Assembly: GCF_009914755.1 (NCBI RefSeq)
Contig: NC_060941.1
Length of the DNA stretch: 64,000 nt
DNA from: the human T2T-CHM13v2.0 reference genome, Homo sapiens
Reading direction: 5' to 3' (one strand)
Below are positions 20,030 to 41,933 of the stretch, piece after piece (the first letter of the stretch is position 1; each line of letters starts with the position of its first letter). Below the pieces are notes generated by a model. It saw nothing but the letters and a program-made list of their open reading frames with translations. It was not told where the DNA came from and did not search any database. Made by a program: the position numbers and the translations under genes.

Positions 20030-21207
20030 TAGGGTTTCTCAGTCCTGCTTTTGGGTTTGAGATGAGGGAGTCCTGGCGAGCAGGCCTCAGGGTCCTCATT
20101 GGCCGCCTCTGTCTCTGCCGCCCACTTCTGTGCAGGCCCCTGCGACCCCAGGCAGCCAGGCCCTGCCCCTTCCCTTCGTTGTTCTCTTTTGAATCTGAAG
20201 CTGCTCATTGGCTGGGGAAGATGGGGTTGCGGGGAGCATCTGGGGTGAGTGGGCTTGTGGGAGTGGATTCTGGTTCCTTTTCTCCAGTATTTCAAGTCCT
20301 CCCTGGCATTCTGTGCCTCAACATGGAAGGGCAGAGGCAAGGAAGCTGGCTGGGCCAACTCTAAGTGGCTGTGTACACAGAGGAAATGAGTCACACAAGC
20401 AGTGGGACCAGCCCCGCTGTTTTGTGAAGTGCCACTAACCTCACCCTGACATCGCTATTTCCAGTCCCTGAATCAAGAGTGCACTCCCTGCTTTGTAAAC
20501 AGGGAAGGGTTGGTTTGGACAGTTGGATCCATTCAGATGCTACACGACTCCTCAAGCCAAGGGTGGCAAGTTCTGACTCAGGCAACTTGAGGGGTGGCTC
20601 ACAGAACTAGGTCCCCAGAGACTCCTCCATGGGGCCTTCAGAATTGGCAGGTGCTTCCCCCCTGCCAGTGACAGATGATGTGTCAGTCAGGGCAGCCACT
20701 GGGGACCATCCACAACACTAGATTCTGAGCAAAGCCTGCCTAGGTCATCAAGAACTGGGGGACCTCCCTGAGGAAAATGGGTGGGAGAAACAGCTCCCTG
20801 GCAACCATGTGGCTGTCCTGGCAGCCTCACATATACCTGGGAAGTTGTGTGATCTCCAGCGCCTGGTGGGAGAGGGCACTGTCCCTGAAGACTCAGCTCA
20901 GGAGACATCCATCGCCTCTGCCTGGAAGCTTCTCTCACCCTTCCCCAGCCTCCACCCCTTCCCACCCCCTAGCTGGGTTAGGGCCCCTACTGGGATCCCA
21001 CAATATTCTGTGCTTACCCTCATTCTAGCATCTATAAGGCTGTTTGGAATGGTTTTCTTGATATCTCCAGCAAGTGCCTGCCAGAGTCATACAAGATGAG
21101 GGAATAAATCATGACCATCCCAATGTCTTTAACATAAAATAACAAAGGTGGGTCAAGTGGACTGGAAGGAAGGAGACAAATGTAAATTTTAAGATTATGG
21201 ACATTCA

Positions 21208-21508
21208 GAATGGGCGTGATGGATCATGCCTGTAATCCCAGCACTTTGGGGGGCCGAGGCAGGAAAATTGCTTGAGGCCAGAAGTTTGAGACCAGCCTGG
21301 CCAACATGGAGAAACCCCATCTCTACTAAAAGTACAAAAATTAGCTGGGCATGGTGGTGCATGCCTGTAATCTCAGCTACTCGGGAGGCTGAGGCACAAG
21401 AATTGCTTGAGCCTTGGAGGCAGAGGTTGCAGTGAGCCGAGATGGATGGAGCTATTGCACTCCCACCTGGGCAACAGCGCAAGAGTCTGTCTCAAAAAAA
21501 AAAAAAAA
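21208..21508 (+). mobile_element. Alu with TSD TTATGGACATTCA
   Basis: TSD at 21195-21207 and about 21511-21523. Confidence 0.93.
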
Positions 21509-21802
21509 GTTTATGGACATTCACTGGGGAGGACTTCTCTCTCCTTTGAGGAAAAACACTACTAGGAAATGTTCAGACACAGTCCATTGAGCACAGCTGC
21601 CAGGAAATGAAACTAGGGAACATCTTTTACTCTCTTAAGCAACAGGGAAAAAACAGTGGAAATGCAGGTTCCTCGGAGCTTCTGCACATGGGCCTGGACA
21701 GAGCTCTGAGGCTGTGTGCCCCTGGCCCCAGGCGGGTGGGGAGCAGAGAGAGGGTGTGAGAGAGAGTGCACGCATGAACACCACTGTTTCTCTCTTCTCT
21801 CC

Positions 21803-22097
21803 TTTTTTTCTTTTAGAGATGGAGTCTTACTCTGTTGCCCAGGCTGGATCACAGTGGTGTGATCTCAGCTCACTGCAACATTTGCCTCCCAGTTTCAAGT
21901 GATTCTCCTGCCTCAGCCTCCTGAGTAGCTGGGATAACAGGCTCACGCCATCATGCCCGGCTAATTTTTGTATTTTTAGTACAGACGGGGTTTCACCATA
22001 TTGTTCAGGCTGGTCTCAAACTCCCGACTTCAGGTGATCCACCTGCCTCAGCCTCCCAAAGTGCTGGGATTACAGGCGTGAGCCACCGCACCTGGAC
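21803..22097 (-). mobile_element. Alu (S-type)
   Basis: Reverse Alu; TTCTCTCCTTTTTT on both flanks. Confidence 0.93.
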
Positions 22098-23509
22098 CCC
22101 TTCTCTCCTTTTTTCCCACCACCTTCCGACAACCTGCTCACTCAGGGTCCATGTCTGGCCAGCACCCTGCCCTTTAACAGTGGAGAGAAACCATCACCGA
22201 CTAAGGATCTATACCAGAGCTGCAACTGCCACCAGGGACCCAAGACAGAGAAATGCCACCTTGCGTTACTAAAGGGCTCATGACACCATATACAACAGCT
22301 GAATCCCCAAGAGGAATGTGGCTGAGGAGTGAGACGAAGGTCTCTGGGACACTTTCAGAAGGATGAGACTTTGTCCAGCCAGTCCTCATTATGCCAGGCA
22401 AAGGAACTGCCTGTACTCATAACTGTGGAAGGGGAACCACATACCATGGGCAGGTGGTCCATGGGGGCAGTGATTAAGAGCAAGTCCTAGAACTCACACT
22501 GCCTTTTGGGAGTTAAACTGAAACCAACTCACAACCCCCAGATCCCAGACATGCGTCACCCTTGAGAGGCCCCTATTCCCTGCACCTCTCCTTCCCAGTG
22601 CTTAGCACAAGTGTAATTATGATGTGGATAATCATTTGTCTAATTTAATGTCTGTCCCCAAAGAGCCTTTGTCTGTCCTGTTGTATCACTCTACCCCTAG
22701 GACCTAACATGGTGCTTGGCTTATAGTAGGTGCTTTGGGTTCAATGAATTAAAAATAAATGTTTTTAAAAGAAAGACTGAATGGGCCTCTACACTATAAA
22801 ACTTGACAGTGACCCCAACATCTCCCCCAAAATAACATCAAATAAAAAGCACGTGGCTAACTGATAGAAGTATAGAAAGATGAGGACCACAGGGGCAGAT
22901 ATGCAGGGCACAGCCTGGCACTGTCCACAGGCCAGGAGCCCAGCAGGCCCACATGAGCTGGCAGGCTATTCAGTGGCACCTGGTGACTACCTACTGAATA
23001 AGCAGTGAATGAATCCACAACTTCCCTGTGAGACAGACACAGGACGGGGGCAGGATCCGAGATTCTCACATCGGACTCAGCACCAAGCGCTTAGATGTCA
23101 CATTCGCTAAGCAACCTTCCAGCAATCAGAGTCCCCTGTAGCTGGCACAGAGGCAGAGCCTGCCATGATCACACCAACCTGACCACCCTGTCCACTCGAT
23201 GGTACACTTCGCTGACCCACTTTGGCCTCCCAAATTGCTAGGATTAGAGGCGTGAGCTATCACGACTCGCCTGAACGTCCATAATCTTAAGTTTCACATT
23301 TGTCTCCTTCCTTCAAGTCCCCTTGACTTATCTTTGTTATTTTATATTAAAGACATTGGGATGGTCATGATTTATTCACACATCTTGTATGATTCTGGGC
23401 CAGGTACTTGCTGGAGATACCAAGAAAAAGAACCATTCCAAACAGCGTTATAGCTAGGATGGGGGAACAAAATAAACTTAGGAATTGGCATCTCAAGAGT
23501 CTCTTGGGA

Positions 23510-24201
<692 letters not shown>

Positions 24202-24569
24202 TTAGTGAGCAAAGATGCTATTCTGTCCCACCAGCTTTGAGGCCCTGGCAAGATAAGATGCCTGAGCCTGCAAAGCAGAAGCTAGACCATGGGCAGGAGT
24301 GAACTCAACATGCTTAGTGCCACTCTGGAGTCCTGTGGGGCGCACAGCCTGCATCCCCAGCAGACGTCACTCTGCCTCCAGCTTGAGGAAGGGGCTGCAG
24401 AGCTTTCCTCTTCAGCCTTCAGCTTGAGTTGGCAGGTGCACAGTCACAACCTTCAGGGTCCTAGAGCATTCATTTTCAGGAAGTAAATCTTCAGGATGTA
24501 CTGAAGCATCTTCAGGATAGCAAATTCGAAGACTCTGACCCACACTGACGGTTTTGTGATTTACATGGT

Positions 24570-25830
24570 CATATTCAAGAAACAGAGCGAGGCCAATCAG
24601 ATATCCATATGGAAAAATATGAGGTTTGACTTCTAACACCACACATAAAAATTAATCCCAGAAAGATCATAAACCTAATTGTGAAAGATAAATCACTAAA
24701 GCTTCTAGAAGATAATATAGGCAAATACCTTCAGATCCTTGGGGGAGATGAGTATCTCTTAAATGGGACAAAAACCAAGCAAACCATAAACAAAAAGACT
24801 GATAAACTGCACATCATTAAAAGAACCTCTGTTCAATAAAAATACCATTAGGAGGTTTAAAAGTCAAGCCCTATAGACTAGAAAAAGATACTTGATAAAT
24901 ATAGTTTTTGTCCAATGAAAGACTTATATCTGTAATATATAAAGAGTTCCTACAAATCAACACATACACATACAACTCAATTTAAGACCAGAATGACAAC
25001 TTGGACAGACATTCTATAAAAGAGGATTGACTGGCCAATAAGCAAATGAAAAGGTATCATCATTTAGTCATCAAGGATATGAAAATTAAAACCACTACAC
25101 ATCTACCAGAGTGGCTAAAATTAAAAAGATTGGTAACACCATTGGCCAGGATAAAGAGCAACTAGAATGCTCATTTGTTGCCAATATGAGTATAAATTAG
25201 CACAAACACTTTAGAAAACTGTTTGGTGGTGGTATCTATTAAAGCTAAACATAAGCCACCCAAGGACCTAGCAATTCCATTCCCAGGTATATATACCCAC
25301 AGAAATAAGCACCGAGTTTCTCCAAAAGCATGTATGAGAATGTTCACTACAGCTTTCTTCATAATAGTCAAAACCTGGAAACAACCCAAATGTCCATTAA
25401 CGGGAGAATGGATAATAGGTTGCGATATATTTTTACAATGGAATACTGCAGAACAATGGAAAAGAATTAACTACAGCCTCATGCTATATGTACAGCCACA
25501 CACCACCATGCCCAGCTAATTTTTGTATTTTTTGTACAGATGGGGTCTCACTTTGTTACCCAGGTTGGTCTCCAACTCCTGGGCTCAAGCAATCCTCCCT
25601 CTTGGTCTCCCAAAGCGCTGGGGTTACAGGTGTGAGCCACCATGCCCAGCCCCCAAATATTTTCATTTTAACTTGTAATCCATAAAAATGAGATTTTCTA
25701 TTCTTTTATCATACTAAGTTATTGAAATCCAGCGCTTATTTCACATGGCACATCTCCATTTGGACTTGCCACATTTTAAGTGTACAACAGCCACACGTGG
25801 CTTGTAGCTGCCATATTGGACAGCACGGCT
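24570..25830. mobile_element. L1M ORF2 3' fragment (plus, about 24570-25470), Alu monomer (minus, 25495-25652), MER33-like (25655-25830)
   Basis: Degenerate L1 ORF2 C-terminal peptide (MFTTAFFIIVKTWKQPKCP); hAT end CCATATTGGACAGCACGG. Confidence 0.75.
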
Positions 25831-25898
25831 CTAAAACCTGGGTCATGTTGCAAAGTGAGTATGTTCAAGGCCTAGTATTTTCTAAAAATATTAATTTA

Positions 25899-26198
<300 letters not shown>

Positions 26199-26383
26199 TT
26201 AATTTAATAATAACAAGTACTAAGGAGGAAATGAAGGTTCAGAGAGCTGAAGTGACTTGCCCAAGGCCTTATGCTGGTGAGTGGTAGTGGTTAAAGAGCT
26301 GAGACTGCGGTCAGACTGAGAACGACCTTCACAAAGTGACGTGAAAATGACAGGAGATACACACGGGAAGTGATCAGCACAGT

Positions 26384-26457
26384 GCCGGGCTTATATCTAT
26401 AGCTCACATGCCAAGAAACAGCCGGGCTTATATCTACAGCTCACATGCCAAGAAACA
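26384..26457. repeat. 37-bp tandem duplication (one mismatch)
   Basis: GCCGGGCTTATATCTA(T/C)AGCTCACATGCCAAGAAACA x2. Confidence 0.95.
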
Positions 26458-26548
26458 TGAGCCCCATCATCATGATGCTATTAACACTATCACTATGCAG
26501 GGAGAGGAAGGCTAACAGGGAGAAGGCAGAGACCACTCAGGGTCACTA

Positions 26549-26997
<449 letters not shown>

Positions 26998-28197
26998 ATA
27001 GAAGTTTTAAACAAAGAAACCTGTGTGACAGGTTGTCTGCGATAATGCCCAAGGCAACTGGGGCAGAGGGAAGAATGCAAAACTGCTGTTTTATGATTTA
27101 AAACAACCCACACCCTCTAAATGATCCACTGCACTCCCCCTCACACAGTCCTCCTCTGACACTCCCACCACGTTTTTCCTGGCCAGGATTTAGGCAGACT
27201 GCGTGGACAGGTGATGTGTGGAGCCTGGGATCTCAGGCGAAAAAGCTCCCCAGCAGAGGAAGAGGACTTGGTATGAATGAGGACTTACTGGCATTCTGAG
27301 CAGGCTAGCTGTGGGCCTGGAGAGCTTGCTCAGCCAAACACATGGTTGTGTGGGCAATCGTTTCCCCAAACATGGTATGCAGCAGAGCCTCCTCCTCCAC
27401 AGCACAGGGAGTAGAGATGCCAGGACTCTGTGCCCTGGGGCAGGGACTAGGAGAAGCGAGGGCTAGGCAGGTTTCCTAAGCGAGGTCATACTTTGTTCCT
27501 GTGCAGGCACTGGGACAGCAAGGGGAGGTGCAAGGGCTGGTCCCCTCAGAGCTGGACTGGAGGTGGAGACAGAGAAGCTTCACATCCCCAGAAACTGCTG
27601 CTGGAGCTCAATGTATACCAGGTGTGTGAGGGTGGATATGAGTACACACGAGATGTGCCCCTGCTCAGTCTCCATGGTGGGACTGCCACTCCCTGTCTCC
27701 TCCGTGCTGCTTCCTGGGGCCACAGGGAGCAAATGTTACTGCCTTGGTACACGTGCGTGTACACCACACTCACACATACACACTGCACAGAAACATGCCC
27801 TGGGCCCTCTGGAATGTGCACTGACTAGCAACTGCTCCTCCCTCTCCTGAGGCTTCTTCTGAGGATCCAAGCTCCATTTTGAAAATAAACCCGTTTGCTC
27901 TCTCTTCTGCTTATAAAACCAGTGGAGCATGTCATGGGCAAAGCCTGGTTCAGGTGGCCACAGGCTGTCTAAGGCCCCAAAGCCTCCCTGCATCTGCCCT
28001 GATGGCTTGGACTGGGTCCAGAAGATACATGAAGCTCTGCTTAATTTGGGCTTATGGAAATGAGGATTTTAGAATTCAAGTTGCTTACCTGATTGTCTTT
28101 CCAGTGAGCTCTGCACCATCTTAACCCCAAACAACATTTCAAGACATTATCGTCAAGAATAGGTGGCCAATCCATACATGTATAAGTAACTGATTTT

Positions 28198-30251
<2,054 letters not shown>

Positions 30252-31710
30252 TTAAATCTAAGTACTTAAACCCTCCAGACTATACCTATGCCACTCAGTG
30301 ATGATTATAATACAGATCCGATCTACACAGAAGAAGCTATTTAGGACAGTCAATTCACTAGGCCAACTGCAATTTGGTTTCTGCCAAACAGAACCGATTT
30401 ATATTAATAAATTTCATTTTGAATGTTGTGTCTTTTATGCTTTTCTTTATGTTTGATTTGTGGATGTTTTGATTTTATATGTGTAATGATAAGCACAAGG
30501 AATTTATGTCTAATTTAAAGTTACAAATATTTAAATAATGTAATAACTTTGATGAACTCTAAGTGTCAGTGAGAACATTTTACCCTTGAAATATACACTT
30601 CAAGAAATGCTGGTCTCTGTGGATGCTCAAGGACTAACTTCAAGGCCCAGCTCTACGAATGCTGGTGCTGGCTGTGTGTTTGTGCATCTGTATGTCTTAC
30701 ATTTGCCAGTTACTCACACCACTGTCCGGCATTTGTCTATACATCCTGACCCTTGCCCCTCCAGTTTCTCCATAATAGCCGGGACAACACTTCCTGCACA
30801 GAGAGGATGGTCACTGATTCAGTGACCTTAAGCTGGAATTTTCCATCACAAGACACATGAGATAAAGGCGAGACATATGACAAGGGGATGGCTGGCTGGT
30901 CTGCAGAGGAGGCAGACACACAGGAAGGGCTAAGACAGGTGAGTAAACCTAGGTCATGCCCTGTGCTCGGGACACACTGCAGGCCTGTCATGCCATGGTC
31001 CCAGTGGTCACAGGAGGCAGAGACTGTTCCTCCCCAATGTATTCTATCTAAATTCCTCCATTTAACATTTGAAAACTCCACCTAATGTGCTCAGAAGCCA
31101 TTTCTGGGCCTACGAGACAATCTCCTATATTGTTTGACTAACAAGCAATGTGCCTGACCTTCCTGGGCTTGTAAGTGGTGGAACAGGACTCGAAACTAGG
31201 TCTGCTCCAAGCCCAGTCTGTAACACCACCCAATGCTGGTGCTCTTTCCATGCTGGGTGAGAACCCTGGAGGGACCTGAACCAAGGCGAGGGCACAGGGC
31301 CAGTGGAAAGAAGGTCCCAAACACGTGGGACCTTCTTTTCCGCTGATGCAACATGGATCCAGCTGAAGGAGGCTTTTAATAAGAAGTTCCCATTTTCCAC
31401 CTATCAGATGAGCAAATATCCAAAAGTTCACTAATACCATCAGTTGGCAAGGCTAAGAAACAAGGACATTCCTGGTGGAGTGTAAATGGGCAATAATCTG
31501 TGAACATTCCATATTAGTCTATCCTTTTGCTCGGCAATTTTGCTTCTGGGAGTTTATGGAACAGAGATAGCTACGCAGAACTAAAAGACCACATACACAA
31601 GGTTATTTATGAAAACACAGGCCCCAGCACCCATTAAATACTGGGCTGATTAAGTAAACTAAGGTACATTGATACACTAGAACAATATGCAATAGAAAAA
31701 AAAAGAATGA

Positions 31711-33256
<1,546 letters not shown>

Positions 33257-33523
33257 AAGTAACTTGCTAAAAGTCACCGGGGCAGAGCTGGAGCCCAAAC
33301 CAGCTCTAAGCTGTTCTAAGTCCACTTTCTCCACTATGCCTGTATTGCCTGCTACAGTTCCCAGCTACTCCAGTCCCTGGAGAAGTCGATGACTCCCTTG
33401 GCTTTCTTTAATTACTAATAGAGTTCAGTAACAGACAATCACATGCTATGGGAAGAAAGGGAGGAGGAGAGGAAAGAAAGGAGTGAAGAGAGAAGATGGG
33501 AAGGAGTGGGGGCAGGGTACTCA

Positions 33524-34183
<660 letters not shown>

Positions 34184-34290
34184 CTACCCCAAATCACAGA
34201 GATGTGCTTTTATCCACTGATGAGCAGGAACCAGGAGTAACTACTGCAAATAGATACAGGCATGAAAAAATATTGGGTAATAGTGTTTTA

Positions 34291-34638
<348 letters not shown>

Positions 34639-35638
34639 TGAGATTGGAATTGTGAAAGATAATTTCCATGTTCATTCCAACTACCACGGGGCCCCTGACA
34701 CATCTGCTCATCCAAGGCATGCTGTCAGAGCTCCTTAAGTGCAAGGTCCTTGGAGCAATGAAGATGCAGGGTAAAGACATGGTCCCTGCCCTCAGGCACA
34801 AGGAACTGATGAAAAAAGGCATAAAGGGTAGGAAATCAACAACCCTGTAAGAGGATTGGGGAGCGCTCCAATTACAGCATGTGGCAGAAAAGTGGGTGGT
34901 TTGGTTGCAAGGCCAGGAAAGAGAGGGTCTTAAATATCAAATCAATAAGGCAACAAGGGGTAATGGCCCCACACCCAGCTGTGCACCAGAATCCCCTGGG
35001 GAACTTGAGCAGGATACAAGTTCTGGGACCCCAACCTAGTGAATCAGTCTCCAGGCTAGCATCTGGGAGCCTGTAGGCTACAGATTTTTGTTTAGAAAAG
35101 TGACTTGACCACAGTCATGCAGACTGCAGGGTAGATGTTCTGCATAAGGAGATCAGACCCCAGGTGTACCAAACTCAGTCCCAGAATGCCTCCGTCTGAT
35201 GTACATGCCCCTCTGAGCTACCACAGTCCCTAGCGCAGGTTTATCTCCTCCATGGGAATGTCGACCGCACTCTACTAGGCTCAGTGAGTAAGCTCCAGGG
35301 AGCTTCAGCTCAGTAAATGTTGACCAGATGATGGACTCAAGGAAAGACAGAGTGAGATAAGGGGGAACAATCGAAAGCCAGTGTCACCCAGGAAAGAAGA
35401 ACGTGAGACAAGGCAGTGGCAATCTGCATGGAAAGGAAGATTAGAGACTGACAAGGCTTCTTTTGGGCTGAAGATGGCATTTAGTAGTCCTCAGAGGCAC
35501 AGTGCCAGCTACTTGCTCAAAAGCCCAGACAGTTAGGGGCCAAAGAGATAAGTGTCTCCGGGTGAATATTCATATGCTTTTCCTGATTCCACTCTTTAAT
35601 AAAAATAACCCCATACCTCCTTAAGAGATAACATTAAT

Positions 35639-36090
<452 letters not shown>

Positions 36091-36381
36091 GCTGTTCCTG
36101 CTAAAGGTGGCCAGTCTCACCTGTTTTTTGTGACCAGTCTCAAAGCAGCCACAGGCTCTTGCCTGAGTGCTGAGGGTCTCAAGATCTGCTGGCACACTGG
36201 CTGGGAAGCTTGGTCTAGAGATAAGCCTTTCTAGAAGACACTTTCAACCCCTACCTCACCCTCTCTCTATGCTAGAACACAGGGCACCTCTGTTGGCTTC
36301 CTGAACAGCCGGGGAGGAAAAGCCAAGTGTCCCATACTCTGCTGCTCCTCTGCAAAGCAAAACCTCTCCAGCTAAATCTCA

Positions 36382-36630
<249 letters not shown>

Positions 36631-37498
36631 CTAGGCAGCACCACACAGAACACAGGCCTTTAGCAGAAAATCCTATGGAGAGTCCCTAGAGTGTAATCCT
36701 TTAGCTGGTGCCAAATATATGTGCAACCACATGCACACACACCTATGTGTGTGTCTGTAGATTCCTTCTGCAAAATTAGCACATTGTTAACTACAGCAAA
36801 GAAAGATAAAGCATAGAGAAGAAAAGGAAAATCACACACACTACCCAGAGATAATTACTGTTATTGTTGTTTCATATGTCCTTTAGTGTAGATACTTTTT
36901 GTTTTTTAGACCAAACTTAAGTGAACTTAGAGCCATATAATCTTGTGTTTAAATATTGGCCCCATCATAGCTGCAGTGATGGGAGCTTGGGTAAATCCAT
37001 CTAGGACAAGGTTGGGGCTTCCCACCTTTTTTACATGGACAAGCTTCTGTAGAGAATCAATAAGCCAAGAGGCAAAAACTAACAAACAATAAACACCCAC
37101 ACTGCTTTAGAACAATAAAAACATGAGGAGAACAGGAGCATGGTTTACTTTAAGAAAGATCCTACGCTGGGCGTGGTGGCTCAAACCTGTAATCCCAGAA
37201 CTTCGGGAGGTCAGAGGCAGGAGGACTGCTTGAGTCCAGGAGTTCAAGGCTGCAGTGAGCTGTGATCACACCACTGTACTCCAGCCTGGGCAACATAGCA
37301 AGACCTTGTCTCAAAAAAAGAAAGATCCTAGGCCTGGAAGCCAGAGGACTAGGCTCAGTCCTAGCTGTCAGTAACCAGATGGGCCTCCTCAGACATTCCA
37401 CTTAACCGCTTTGAGCCTCAATTTCCTTATCTGTTAAAGTGGAAATAATACTTTCTGATTTATAGTACTATGAGGATTCTCCTGAGGACAGGACTACC

Positions 37499-37572
37499 TT
37501 TTTTTTTTTTTTTTTTTTGGGAAGTGGTTTCTGGTGAAAACCAGAAAACCTACTAGATAAATTCTAAAAAGA
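37499..37572 (-). pseudogene. U7 snRNA retropseudogene with poly(A) tail; 5' remnant displaced to about 38214-38234 by Alu insertion
   Basis: Minus strand CTCTTTTTAGAATTTATCTAGTAGGTTTTCTGGTTTTCACCAGAAACCACTTCCC-A20 versus U7 CAGCTCTTTTAGAATTTGTCTAGTAGGCTTTCTGGCTTTTTACCGGAAAGCCCCT; Sm-like site and 3' stem-loop recognisable. Confidence 0.85.
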
Positions 37573-38232
<660 letters not shown>

Positions 38233-38539
38233 CTAAGACTAGTGTTTTATTCATCCTTGTGTCAACACTTGGCACTGTGCCTGGCACATAGAAATACTCA
38301 ATAAATGTTTGTTAAATGAATACACCACAAAATGTACAGAGTCTTTTGGAAATATAGAGTAAAAATTGAGCATAATTATAAGTATGTGAAAATCACATAA
38401 GTGATTGGAAAAGAACTGGAAAGGATTACAGAAAAACTGGTTTGAATTGTTGGGTGATAGGATTATGGCTACATATTTTAATCTTTTATTTTGATTTCAG
38501 CCAAAACACTAAATGTTAACATTCTTTGAAAAGTTAAAT

Positions 38540-39900
<1,361 letters not shown>

Positions 39901-40918
39901 CTTTTAAAAGCAAGATGTTATTTGTATATTATATTTAAAAAGTACATACATACTTCGTTCAATTGAGCACCTACTAGGTGTTGGGTTAGGGTATACAGGG
40001 AGAAATAAGGCATACCCTCAAGAAAGGCATACCCTCATGGAGTCAGTTTGTGCAGCTGTTGTTAGAAGGCTGGGTTGGCCAGGCTTCTGCCCTAGCTCTG
40101 GAGGGTCCTGGGGTGGGATTCGGCAGGCACTGGGGGTGGGAGAGTGGGGGTGCAGAGGGGAGGGAAGAGCCTCTGCATGAAAGCCAGCTGGGAAACAGGT
40201 GGAGCTGGACTCTCCTGTGGCCAGGACGGGGAAAGGCACGTCTCTGAGAGCTACAGTTTCTTTCAAGCAGAGAGTTCTCTGAGCTGGGAAGCAGCAGTGG
40301 GGAGGAAAGGAAATCCTGGCTTCTCCCCGAAAGCCATCTCAGGATGCTGCTAAGGCACCAGCCCCAAAGCTACCTGACTTCCTACCTCTCCAAGAGAACA
40401 GAGAGCTCTATCTGGAGTACCCAAGATAGCCCAGGAGGGTGCAAAGGGCTGTCCAAGAAAAGGTCCTAGGGGGCTCCAGTGAACTGCTCACAAATAATTA
40501 CATTTAGAATATCCCAGAAAATGGTAAGTGTTCAGATACATGTAAGTTACCAATTTACCCCCATTACTGAAACAACAAACCAGTGCCTGGGAATATCTGT
40601 TTCCCACCCATTCAGTGCTTTGGCCAGACTGTGACCAAATCATGGCCTAAGGGCAGAGGGCTGAAGGGCTGAATGGAAATCCTTGGTCTTCAGGTTACTG
40701 ATCTTAAATTCCCACTGCTTTTCATAAATCTCCATCTTATCACCAATAAGGTGATCTAGAAAAGACAGGGTCTCCTCAGAGCCTGCTTGTGCTATAACTT
40801 TTTCTCAACCTGGTCTCTCTTGCAGGACAGTGCCCATTCATTTCGAAGTGAGCCAAGCCGATGATACAACTGTCCCCTGCAGCCCTTCCCCGCCCTTGAT
40901 CCTCCCTCACCCACCTAC

Positions 40919-41007
40919 CGGGATGGCAGCCTGGGGGTCCAGTCCATTCTCCACCACTGAAAGCATCTCCACTCACGCAGCTGCTCCCTCAGAGAATCAC
41001 ATGACAC
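40919..41007 (-). pseudogene. PLEKHM1P1: Exon 2 with start codon (ATG at 40966-40964), encodes MLSVVENGLDPQAAIP
   Basis: Acceptor TCTGTCTCTTCAG, donor CCG/GTAGGT, 48 coding nt; too short for the ORF track. Confidence 0.93.
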
Positions 41008-41896
41008 CTGAAGAGACAGATGGCAGCCAGATGAATGGGCAGGGAACTTCCCCCCAGCCAGAGTCCATTCCCAGCAAGCAGCAGGAGGTCAGCCTCTCTT
41101 ACTCAAACTGCAACCAAAAAGGCCTTTGAAGAACACAAAAGTAAAAACTGATAATAGATTTGAAGGAAAGAAACAAGGAAGGAAAGCCCAGGGGGCTCAG
41201 TCATTGGGAGGCAAGGAGTCCTGGGTGCCAGGGGTGGGTCCACCCCAAGGAGTAGGTGGTAAGGGCGCTTCACATCAAATGCTGCCCAGAAAGCCAAGGC
41301 CCTGTAGGATCGAAACCTGTAGGCAGGGAATGACAGGCTGATTCAGATACGGAGCTGCAGGTTCGAGGGGGAGGCTGCAGCTGAAGGTGGCAGGAACCCA
41401 CTGGGACCAGGAAGCAGGGGCTCACAGGCTCACACATCACATTCAGGGGCTGGGTCCTGCAACACCCTGCCCCCACCCCTCACTCCTGTCCCAGTCCAAC
41501 ATCTGCCAGCTCGGCAGTAAAAAGTACCACTGGAACGGCTTCAAAAGGGGAGGGCTCCCTTGCTACACTTCTGCTCCTCATTTGGGCTTCGAGGGTCTGG
41601 CTTGAGCAGCACAGACAGGGACGTGTCTAACCGGGATGACCATGAGGTCTCATCGCAGTTTGCCACTAACCAGGGAGACATGCACAGACCTCTCAGAAGG
41701 AGAATGTGTAAAATGCCTGTCACGGGGCCTGATATGTGCCTGTACCTGATATGTTGTACCTGGCATCTGTCATCCCAGTGGATGTGGCCACCTAAACCTA
41801 CAGACCAAGAATGTCATCGCCTAAATGAGTATGCAGGAAGAGTTGAAGTCAGTGAGTGGTTAAATCCCTCAGGGCTGCCAGCTTCCTCCTGGGAGT

Positions 41897-41933
41897 GGGT
41901 GGGGTGGGGTGGGGTGGGGTGGGTGGGGTGGGG
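41897..41933 (+). repeat. (GGGGT)n tract, potential G-quadruplex
   Basis: Eight G-runs separated by single T. Confidence 0.85.

Larger units (their letters stand above)
21003..23480. repeat. Inverted duplication: arm 1 about 21003-21262, arm 2 about 23215-23480
   Basis: Reverse complement of arm 1 (TCCATAATCTTAAAATTTACATTTGTCTCCTTCCTTCC...AAAGACATTGGGATGGTCATGATTTATT...CTTGCTGGAGATA...CCATTCCAAACAGC) is found in arm 2, roughly 85% identical by eye. Confidence 0.9.
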
